Assembly (NCBI GenBank): GCA_048882045.1 | Contig: JBHLRZ010000036.1 | Location: forward strand, 1-27,603 | DNA: 27,603 nucleotides | From: Candidatus Thorarchaeota archaeon | GTDB lineage: Archaea; Asgardarchaeota; Thorarchaeia; Thorarchaeales; Thorarchaeaceae | Direction of reading: 5' to 3' | Notes under the pieces: generated by a model | Databases searched by the model: none | Told to the model about the DNA's origin: nothing | The model's input: only the letters and a program-made list of their open reading frames with translations | Part shown: positions 17,278-25,009 of the stretch, piece by piece | Layout: each line of letters opens with the position of its first letter | Position numbering within the stretch: the first letter of the stretch is position 1 | Position numbers and translations under genes: made by a program

Positions 17278-18452
17278 GCATTACCTCTTTCCATCTCCCT
17301 TTGATCTAAGTACTTCTCAATATAGTACCACAACATTCCACCACCAAAGGAAATTGTCAGATTCATGAGATAGAAGGGAATGTATGAGTATACACTTGTC
17401 CATCCGAATATCGCTGCGAAATTTGGAATTTCATGGTAATATACTGCATCGTTGGAAGTGAACCAATATACCATGGACATGTAGAATATCTGGAATAGAA
17501 GGATGTGATATGAAGCTCTTCCCATATCCCGAACAAGTCTTTGTATTCTCCCTTTGGATTGACGTGGTATCGCACTCATTGCGAGTAGAAAAAGAAATGC
17601 AGCATAACCATAGAACAGGAATGTATAGTCGCCACGGATAACATCGTTCATGAATGTGAAGAACTGACCTATAACTCCCGGCTGTGAAGCAAAGAGCCAG
17701 GTCTGATAATCGAACATGAAGAGAAAGCTTAGAGGTGCGTAGAGATAGATGAAGTAGTTTCTACGACTGAGTAGACTGAAATCCTTTGAAAACCAGAGCC
17801 CGAGACCAACCGCAGGAAGATAGAACAACACATTCAGACGAATCACACTCACTATGAATGCATCCAAAGCGGACCCATATGGATAGGGGAAGAAGAAATA
17901 GAGTACAAGCTGCAGGACTATCTCACAGAGAAAGCAGATTACTACGGTAAGTATAGGTTGTCTATCAAATGCCCAATACACGAGAGGAAAGACAATGATA
18001 GAACCAAACAGCAGAGCTATGAACCAGTTTCCAGGACCCCAAAAAGGAAGGAAACCAAGTAGTGTATATTCACTCCAGGAAATATAACCGAGAAACGATC
18101 CCAGCACCAATGACCCTGTGTATAGCACAATGAATGGAAACACATACCTATTGAACCTTCGTATGAAATAGGCTCTACTATAGAGGTTTCTCAGACTTTT
18201 GTGACCTCTGTATTGGAACGAGTAGCCAAGATTGAATCCCATTACTATAAGGAAGAATGGGATTGACAGTCTCTCCCAGAAGATACTCCCAATAGATCCC
18301 TTGACTTCCCAAGTAAGACTGTGGTCCATAACTACGAATGCAATAGCTATTGCTTTCAGAACATCGAGCTGGAAAAAGTAAGGTCTCTCTTTTGGGGATT
18401 CCTCAACGATGAACTCTTCAACAGGTTCTTGTGTTTCTTCAATTTCAGCCAT
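17274..18452 (-). CDS. acyltransferase-3 family membrane acyltransferase
   Basis: FQLDVLKAIAIAFVVMDH, SIPFFLIVMG, RRFNRYVFPF, GNWFI, MGRASYHILLFQ; about 10 TMs. Confidence 0.85.
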   Translation of the reverse strand: MAEIEETQEPVEEFIVEESPKERPYFFQLDVLKAIAIAFVVMDHSLTWEVKGSIGSIFWERLSIPFFLIVMGFNLGYSFQYRGHKSLRNLYSRAYFIRRFNRYVFPFIVLYTGSLVLGSFLGYISWSEYTLLGFLPFWGPGNWFIALLFGSIIVFPLVYWAFDRQPILTVVICFLCEIVLQLVLYFFFPYPYGSALDAFIVSVIRLNVLFYLPAVGLGLWFSKDFSLLSRRNYFIYLYAPLSFLFMFDYQTWLFASQPGVIGQFFTFMNDVIRGDYTFLFYGYAAFLFLLAMSAIPRQSKGRIQRLVRDMGRASYHILLFQIFYMSMVYWFTSNDAVYYHEIPNFAAIFGWTSVYSYIPFYLMNLTISFGGGMLWYYIEKYLDQREMERGNA

Positions 18453-18582
18453 CGCCAGTCAAAGACCGGTCTGTTCCCTTCTACATATAGTATGCTCTCC
18501 ACGCAGCTTGCTTAATGTATAAACGTCACATCCTTAAGGTAGACGTAGTGCTCGCAGACACCAACAAGAAGGATGAATAGAG

Positions 18583-19791
18583 ATGGGCTTGAGAGACCGG
18601 GCTGTCACAACCGTGTACCTCGCTTATTCTATTCAGGCTATGGCACAAGCAATCATCTGGCAGTGGATGACCTATTTTGTCAAACATGATTTATTGGTAG
18701 AAGATTTCCTCATTCTCACCTTCGCTTGGTCCACACCAGCACTTGTCGTAATGATTGCCACAAACGGTTGGGGATCGATATCGGATCGTATCGGTCGAAG
18801 AAAACCGTTCATGATTGTTGGATTTCTGGGATACGCATCGACATTCTTCCTCTATTCCTTAGTGACTGATGTCTTCCAGTTCGTTCTCGTAGGCGCGATT
18901 GGTGCGATATTCTCATCAGCAGCACTTCCAATGGGACAAGCCCTTCTCACAACTGATACTGATCAGAAAGGTGAAAGACTGGGCTGGTTCCTTGCGGCTC
19001 AGTCTGGTGGTTGGTTTTTTGGGGCCCTGGGCAGTGGTCTTTTTTATGATATCATAGGAATGAGACCATTGTTCCTTCTAGGAGCTGTACTTGGAATCTT
19101 GGCCACTGGGAGCTGCGCGTATTTTATCAGAGACATTCCGTTTGAAAAGATGAGGAGAGAGGATGAAAGGAGATTCAGAGAACTGCTTAGAATCCCTGGA
19201 ATGAGTCGACTGGTAAGTGCTGTTGGACTGAGTCAGATTGGTATGAACTCGGTATCTTTCGTGATGGCAATCATCATAGTGGATGAGTTGGGTGGTCTGA
19301 CATCATACGTAGGCTTTGCCAATTCTGCAGCTACTCTCACTGCAATCATAATCACTGGTTGGATTGGCAGGATTGTCGATAGCAAAGGGCCAGTCAAGGT
19401 TCTTATTGCAGCCTTTGCGTCATATACTGTTTTCTCATTCGGATTTGCAATTGTACGAGACCCCATCCTAGCTTGTATCCTTTGGGCTTTTCCAATCTAC
19501 CCATTATCCTCTACTGCATCGAGTGCCTTGGCCGCATACATAACAGGAAAGGACGAACGGGGAAGGGCTATGTCATTGATCTATGGTGTTCAGAACGCTG
19601 GAACTTTCGCTGGTCCCATCATCGGTGGTCTCTTTGCTCAGTTTCTATTTGGTGCAGTCCAGCCAATCTCTTGGCTGAACATGTCATTCAATCTTTTAGC
19701 TTTGGCCATAGGAATCTCAATGTTCCAACTCATTGGAAGTGGCCAGTCCGAGGAACAATCTGAAGCCAAAGTATCCTTGTCCTCAGATTGA
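18583..19791 (+). CDS. MFS transporter
   Basis: Motif A GSISDRIGRRK, its repeat GRIVDSKGPVK, ERGRAMS...GTFAGPIIGG; 12 TMs. Confidence 0.92.
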   Translation: MGLRDRAVTTVYLAYSIQAMAQAIIWQWMTYFVKHDLLVEDFLILTFAWSTPALVVMIATNGWGSISDRIGRRKPFMIVGFLGYASTFFLYSLVTDVFQFVLVGAIGAIFSSAALPMGQALLTTDTDQKGERLGWFLAAQSGGWFFGALGSGLFYDIIGMRPLFLLGAVLGILATGSCAYFIRDIPFEKMRREDERRFRELLRIPGMSRLVSAVGLSQIGMNSVSFVMAIIIVDELGGLTSYVGFANSAATLTAIIITGWIGRIVDSKGPVKVLIAAFASYTVFSFGFAIVRDPILACILWAFPIYPLSSTASSALAAYITGKDERGRAMSLIYGVQNAGTFAGPIIGGLFAQFLFGAVQPISWLNMSFNLLALAIGISMFQLIGSGQSEEQSEAKVSLSSD

Positions 19792-19831
19792 AACTATGAA
19801 ATTTATATGAACAGTCCCGTGTCCAATATCC

Positions 19832-20674
19832 ATGCCTGATGGATGTACCGCTGGAGCGAAGATAATCGGTGATCGGTACTATCTCCTGAAGAACCGTGAT
19901 CTTATCTGGGGCGGCTTTAGAGATTCAGTTGTCTTTGACTCTAACATATTCTTTGTTACAGGTGTGAATGTGGGTGATGGTGAACCGATTGGCGCATCAT
20001 TCGGATTCAATAGATCTGGACTTGCAGCTTGCAACACAACTGTTCTTGTTACACCACATGCTGCATACGACTCTCTCCTAGAACGAATCCTAAGAGAAAC
20101 AGAGACAATACAGGATGCATTTGAACTAGTGGTAGCAGATCTGGAAAGCGGTACCCGCTACCAATGGTGCAACTTTGTACTTGCATCACCAAAAGGGGTG
20201 GGAGTCATCGAAATTGGCGATGGTGTTACTGTTCTCGAGGAAGATCCTACGATGATCACAAGATCCAACCATCATCTTATTTTACCCACTGCTGATATTC
20301 TCAGTAGAGCATCACTAGCTGAACGTGAAGCTGGAGGACCAATAGCCACGAGTCGGAGTCGACGTCAAGAAGCTGCAAAACTCCTCTCCGAGGCTACCTC
20401 ATCTATGGATATGACCCAACTTCTTAGTACTCATAGTGAGGGAAGGGGATTCGATTCAATCTGCAGGCATAGGTCAGAAAATCCTAGAATAGACCCTTAT
20501 CTGGGGGAGACTGTGTACAGCTATGTTGCTGAGGTTTCAGGGTTTAATTCAGAGAAATTAGAGTTCCGAATCAAGGTCGCAGCCGGTAATCCATGCACAA
20601 GCACCTACGACGAATTCGTTATAGATTTTGATTCACCTGAGAGCAAGTTCAGCATTCTCACAAAATTCCCATAA
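19832..20674 (+). CDS. Ntn-hydrolase, peptidase C45/acyl-CoA:6-APA acyltransferase-like
   Basis: Near-N-terminal G-C-T, KNRD, GFNRSGL, LERIL, NFVLA, RSNH, SRSRR, SICRH, GETVYS, GNPC. Confidence 0.8.
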   Translation: MPDGCTAGAKIIGDRYYLLKNRDLIWGGFRDSVVFDSNIFFVTGVNVGDGEPIGASFGFNRSGLAACNTTVLVTPHAAYDSLLERILRETETIQDAFELVVADLESGTRYQWCNFVLASPKGVGVIEIGDGVTVLEEDPTMITRSNHHLILPTADILSRASLAEREAGGPIATSRSRRQEAAKLLSEATSSMDMTQLLSTHSEGRGFDSICRHRSENPRIDPYLGETVYSYVAEVSGFNSEKLEFRIKVAAGNPCTSTYDEFVIDFDSPESKFSILTKFP

Positions 20675-20684
20675 AGCTAATGTA

Positions 20685-20705
20685 ACTCGATTGGCTCAAT
20701 CGAGT
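20685..20705. promoter_or_regulatory. perfect 9-3-9 palindrome (operator or hairpin)
   Basis: ACTCGATTG-gct-CAATCGAGT in the gap between the Ntn hydrolase and the DHDPS-family gene. Confidence 0.5.
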
Positions 20706-20753
20706 AATATTTCAGTCACAATACTTCACCTGTTGGTGGACTAAGGTGATTCC

Positions 20754-21647
20754 ATGGATCATGAGAAATTCAAAGAAGTTCTGAGTGGATATTCAGTTAC
20801 TACTACAACGCCTTTCAGTGAAGATCTCTCACAGGTTGATATAGACTCCCTCGCTCACAACATGAGATTCCTCGTGGAAAATGATGTGCCGCTGATTATT
20901 CCTAATGGTAATACTGGTGAGTTCTACTCTCTGTCTGAATCCGAATGGGAAACTGTCCTTCGAGGGACTGTTGACGCAGTAGGAAATAGATCCACAATAA
21001 TGTCTGGCATAGGTCATTCTATAACCACTGCTATCTCACAGGTCGAAACAGTCAGGAACCTAGGTGTCGAAGCAGTCATGATCCATTATCCCCAACATGT
21101 CTTCGTTTCTGAGGAAGGACTCTTTGCATATTATCAAGAATTGCTAAAAGCTGCCAAGGGTCTCAATGTGGTGTTGTATAAGAAGGGGGCACTCCTGAGT
21201 GATGCGATGCTCGAGAAACTCATGAAGTACGAAAATCTTGTAGGAGTCAAGTATGCATTCGGCCGAGTTGTTGACTTCTCACGAACAGTCCAAAGACTGG
21301 GTAATCGAATTGTCTGGTCTTGTGGGACTGCTGAAAGGTTTGCTCCTTTCTTCTTCTTGGCTGGAGCCAAGGCATTCACAAGTGGGTTGTGTAACTTTGC
21401 CCCTCAGGTCTCCAAACGCATGTTGGATGCCTTAGTGAATGGAAATTATGAGGAGGCTATGCAAGTTCAAAAACTGATTGCTCCCTTTGAGGATCTTCGT
21501 GAAGGGCGAGGCGCTGCGAACAATGTGCCTATTGTGAAAGCTGCAATGGACCACGTAGGACTGAAAGGGGGTCTCTGCAGACCCCCTATCCATCCACTAT
21601 CCAGTGAAGAGAGACAAGCAGCTATCTCAATCATAAATGACTGGTAG
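20754..21647 (+). CDS. DHDPS/NAL-family class I aldolase/dehydratase (resembles 5-dehydro-4-deoxyglucarate dehydratase-like members)
   Basis: TPF, GNTGEFYSLS, VVLY (catalytic Tyr), GVKYA (Schiff-base Lys), TSGLCNFAP, VKAAM...RPP; GGTGAT RBS. Confidence 0.85.
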   Translation: MDHEKFKEVLSGYSVTTTTPFSEDLSQVDIDSLAHNMRFLVENDVPLIIPNGNTGEFYSLSESEWETVLRGTVDAVGNRSTIMSGIGHSITTAISQVETVRNLGVEAVMIHYPQHVFVSEEGLFAYYQELLKAAKGLNVVLYKKGALLSDAMLEKLMKYENLVGVKYAFGRVVDFSRTVQRLGNRIVWSCGTAERFAPFFFLAGAKAFTSGLCNFAPQVSKRMLDALVNGNYEEAMQVQKLIAPFEDLREGRGAANNVPIVKAAMDHVGLKGGLCRPPIHPLSSEERQAAISIINDW

Positions 21648-21650
21648 TGG

Positions 21651-22838
21651 CTAATTCTTCAAAGGAATGTTCTTGCCTTCGATGAACACTTGCTCTACCT
21701 TACTATAGAAATCGAATGGATCTCCAGACCATATCACGATGTCTGCATCTTTCCCAAGCTCTAGAGATCCAACCCTCTTTTCTATTTTAAGCATCTCTGC
21801 AGGATTGATTGTTACGCATTTGAAGGCGTCCTCTCTACTCATTCCTTCCTTGATTACATTCATTGGTAGGAGTGGAAAGTAGTTCATTGGGGTCAAGGAA
21901 TCTGTTTGCAGCGCAACTTTGACTCCCGCTTTGTTCAGTTCGACAGCTGTCCTGAATCCTCTCTCACGAGTTTCTGGTTTTGATGTCCAGAACATTGTAG
22001 GCCCGATTACAGCTGGGAATCCTGACTTTGCTATTAATTTGGCAATCTTATGCCCTTCTGTACAGTGGATGAGAACAACATCAATCTCAAACTCTTGGGC
22101 AATTCGAATCACCGTAGCAATGTCATCTGCCCTGTGTGCATGTGCATGAATGGGAATCTCTCGATTGAGTACCTTGATGATGGTTTCTAGCCCTAGGTCT
22201 CTTTTAGGTGGACTTGGAGGAGTTTCTCCTTTCTTCTTTGCTTCCTCAGCTTTATCCAGATATCCCTTAACTTCTCTCTTGTGATTCTGAGCATCAACCA
22301 ATGCATTTCTCAAAACAGAGGCAATACCCATCCGAGTTGACGGTGTCCGTTTCTCTGTACCATGAATACGTTTCGGATTCTCACCAAATGCGACCTTCAA
22401 TCCTGAGGGTGCCTTGACGATCATTTCATCGACGATTGCCGCACCTGTGACTTTTACGACTAGTGCCTCCCCTGAGATGACATTTCCTGAACCTGGACCT
22501 GTGTTTATTGTTGTGACTCCTCCTAGTAACACCTCATTCAAAGAAGGTTCATCAGGATTGAAAGAATCAATACCTCTCACTTCTGGCGTGATTGCTTTTG
22601 TCATCTCATTCCCATCAGTACCTGCCCATCCTATCGAACCATCAAAGAGTCCCTGATGAGTATGAGCATCGATCATTCCTGGAACAACATACTTGCTTTT
22701 TGCATCAATGGTCTTGGTCCCACTAGGGATTGTAACATTCTTTCCAATTTCCTTGATCTTGCTATTGAAAAGAATGGTTCCATTCTTGATGAGTCCATTT
22801 ACAGGACAGAAAATGGTTGCATTGGTTATTGCCTTCAC
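21651..22838 (-). CDS. metal-dependent amidohydrolase
   Basis: PGMIDAHTH, GGVTT, GLKVAFGENPKR, HAHRADDI, HCTEG, TINPA...GSLELGKDADIVIW. GTG 22838 after AGGTG preferred over 22862. Confidence 0.9.
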   Translation of the reverse strand: MKAITNATIFCPVNGLIKNGTILFNSKIKEIGKNVTIPSGTKTIDAKSKYVVPGMIDAHTHQGLFDGSIGWAGTDGNEMTKAITPEVRGIDSFNPDEPSLNEVLLGGVTTINTGPGSGNVISGEALVVKVTGAAIVDEMIVKAPSGLKVAFGENPKRIHGTEKRTPSTRMGIASVLRNALVDAQNHKREVKGYLDKAEEAKKKGETPPSPPKRDLGLETIIKVLNREIPIHAHAHRADDIATVIRIAQEFEIDVVLIHCTEGHKIAKLIAKSGFPAVIGPTMFWTSKPETRERGFRTAVELNKAGVKVALQTDSLTPMNYFPLLPMNVIKEGMSREDAFKCVTINPAEMLKIEKRVGSLELGKDADIVIWSGDPFDFYSKVEQVFIEGKNIPLKN

Positions 22839-22890
22839 AGTATGTACACCTAAGATGGACACAATGGATAGGTGTGAAAAGTCTTCGTGT

Positions 22891-23862
22891 CTATCCAGAT
22901 TTCAATTCGAGTATGTGTGCCATCCAGCCTGCAGCACGTGAAATAGCGAATAGTGATGTATTCAACTCTGCAGGATAACCAAAGGTGAAGAATACTGCTG
23001 CGTTATAGAGGTCGATGTTAGGATAGGCATCTATCCCCTTGTAGTCTGCGAGGAGTTTCCTACCTTCTCTGGCTACTGCATCTGATACCTGGATTAACCA
23101 ATCCAGCCCACTTCTTCTAGCTCGCTTCTCAAGCACCCCACGGAGTACTATAGCTCGAGGATCCAGACCTGAGTAAATGCGATGACCCAGTCCAAAAATT
23201 TTGTTACCTGACTCCAGTCTTTTACGTAGATACTCATGAACCCTATCTGGCTCTTTTATCTCTTCAAACATTGCCATGGCCAGAGTCCCTGCCCCATGAT
23301 GCAATGGTCCCACATGTTCTTTTAGTGCTTCACGCAAGGCATCCAATTCATCTCCATTCTTCAATGCAAGTGTCAGAGCAGAAAGTGAGGGATTGTCTGG
23401 GTCATCCATTGGGAGAATAAGTGCTGTCTGAAAATCTCTGATTTCACTTTCTTCGTAGATCACACCTTTAGTCATCCACAGGAAGTTAGCTACATGGTCC
23501 AACTTCCTGTCTGCCTCTTCCCTTTCATGAAACTGGGATTTTACGTATTGAGCAGCCACAACAAAAGGACAGAGAGTAACATAGGCCAGAAGAGTATCAT
23601 GTAAATCGAGTCGGTGTTTCTCCCGGAGTTCTGAAATCCTGTCAATCAGCAGGTCCAATGATTCAATGCCGCCTACGTTGAGGTTTCTCAGTTGAGTCAT
23701 ACGTCGGATGAGCCTCGTCCTCTGATTGATGGTTGGCAACTTTCCATGGATGAGCAGGTAGAGAACAGATTCATAGTCCGTGGTCTTTGCGAGCTCTGTC
23801 GCATCAAGTCCTCTGAAGTAAAGTCTGTTTTCGGTTGGGTCGATTCTACTGATTAGTTCCAT
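22891..23862 (-). CDS. divergent citrate synthase-family protein
   Basis: ISRID...LYFRG, YESVLYLLIHGKLP, GPLHHGAG, IFGLGHRIY..DPRA, YPNIDLY, FAISRAAGWMAH. Confidence 0.85.
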   Translation of the reverse strand: MELISRIDPTENRLYFRGLDATELAKTTDYESVLYLLIHGKLPTINQRTRLIRRMTQLRNLNVGGIESLDLLIDRISELREKHRLDLHDTLLAYVTLCPFVVAAQYVKSQFHEREEADRKLDHVANFLWMTKGVIYEESEIRDFQTALILPMDDPDNPSLSALTLALKNGDELDALREALKEHVGPLHHGAGTLAMAMFEEIKEPDRVHEYLRKRLESGNKIFGLGHRIYSGLDPRAIVLRGVLEKRARRSGLDWLIQVSDAVAREGRKLLADYKGIDAYPNIDLYNAAVFFTFGYPAELNTSLFAISRAAGWMAHILELKSG

Positions 23863-23879
23863 CAGAGATTACCCCGAAG

Positions 23880-23914
23880 ATAGAGAAGAATGAGTTCCTC
23901 CTCAAGAGGAACTC
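23880..23914 (-). terminator. hairpin downstream of gap
   Basis: Perfect 9-bp GAGTTCCTC-N5-GAGGAACTC (23892-23914), 8 nt after the gap stop, followed on the minus strand by ATTCTTCTCTATCTT. Confidence 0.6.
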
Positions 23915-23922
23915 CTCATCAA

Positions 23923-24930
23923 CTACAATTTATCTCCAATTACTCTAGCAAGGTCTGCGAGTCTATGGCTATAACCTGCTTCGTTGTCATACCAACCCAC
24001 GACTTTGACCAAGTTACCAATCGTTTTCGTCAGAAGCGAGTCAAAACTACAGGAATGTGAGTCTCCAATGAAATCAGAAGAAACCAGTGGTTCATCAAGA
24101 TAGGCTAAATATGGGGCTAGGCTCCCCTTTTCTGACGCCTTCTTAAACGCCTCGTTAACATTGTCAGCTGTTGCTTCCTTTTCTATGACAACGTTCATGT
24201 CAACAACTGAAGCATCCATCACTGGTACTCTGAAAGCCATGCCATCAAGTTTTCCTGATGCCTTCGGATACACGAGTCCAATTGCGGTTGCTGCTCCTGT
24301 TGAGGTAGGAATAATGTTCCAACAGGCAGCCCTTGCACGCCTCATGTCCTTGTGTGGGCCATCTAGCATAACTTGATCATTTGTGACAGCGTGGATTGTG
24401 GTCATCTGTCCTCTCTCAATCCCAAACGCTTCATCGACAACCTTGACAAGTGGTGCCAAGCAATTTGTTGTGCAGGAAGCGTTTGAGATGACATTGTGTT
24501 TTGATGGGTCATAATCATCATCGTTGACTCCGGGAACTACTGTCAGCATGTCTCCGCCTTTACCAGGTGCACTAATGATGACTTTCTTAGCACCTCCTGC
24601 TAGATGTTTTTCAGCAGCTTCCCTCGTTCTGAAGAGTCCAGTTGATTCAATGACTATGTCCACACCGAGATCTCCCCAGGGCAGTTTTGCGGGGTCTCTC
24701 TCCGAAAGAATCTTGATCTCATCCCCGTTTACTTTGATGAATCCATTCCCAACCTCAACCGTACCGTCGAAGCGTCCCATCACCGTGTCATATTTCATCA
24801 AGTGCCCAAGCGCCTCTTCACTAGTGAGGTCATTTGCAGCAATGATATCGAATCCTTTCTTCTCCAAGGCCGCTCTAAGGAATCCTCGTCCAATGCGACC
24901 AAATCCATTGATACCTACTCGAATAGCCAT
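23923..24930 (-). CDS. gap: class I (bacterial/eukaryotic-type) glyceraldehyde-3-phosphate dehydrogenase
   Basis: GINGFGRIGR, ESTG.F, KKVIISAPG, SNASCTTNCLAP, NIIPTSTGAA, GMAFRVP, WYDNE.GYS; AGGAG RBS. Confidence 0.97.
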   Translation of the reverse strand: MAIRVGINGFGRIGRGFLRAALEKKGFDIIAANDLTSEEALGHLMKYDTVMGRFDGTVEVGNGFIKVNGDEIKILSERDPAKLPWGDLGVDIVIESTGLFRTREAAEKHLAGGAKKVIISAPGKGGDMLTVVPGVNDDDYDPSKHNVISNASCTTNCLAPLVKVVDEAFGIERGQMTTIHAVTNDQVMLDGPHKDMRRARAACWNIIPTSTGAATAIGLVYPKASGKLDGMAFRVPVMDASVVDMNVVIEKEATADNVNEAFKKASEKGSLAPYLAYLDEPLVSSDFIGDSHSCSFDSLLTKTIGNLVKVVGWYDNEAGYSHRLADLARVIGDKL

Positions 24931-25009
24931 GCGATTTTCTCCTTTGGCGTGTGATTACGTATCATGAGGAGATATTGCTTTGATATATCTTTACTCCTAG
25001 AACTTATCT

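Noticed and set aside
20754-21647. Calling this gene dapA
   Set aside because: It has GNTGE rather than GTTGE, lacks the YNVP.RT motif (reads LYKKG), and has no lysine-pathway neighbours.
22891-23862. Calling this gene gltA or prpC
   Set aside because: The substrate-binding His motif and C-terminal arm are missing, so the activity cannot be assumed.
23863-23925. TAG readthrough fusing GAPDH to the citrate-synthase homologue (60-nt in-frame gap)
   Set aside because: An in-frame TGA lies at the seventh codon of the spacer.
24524-24967. 147-aa antisense ORF over gap, and the other short antisense or alternate-frame ORFs in the track
   Set aside because: They are shadow ORFs overlapping well-supported genes, with no recognisable motifs.
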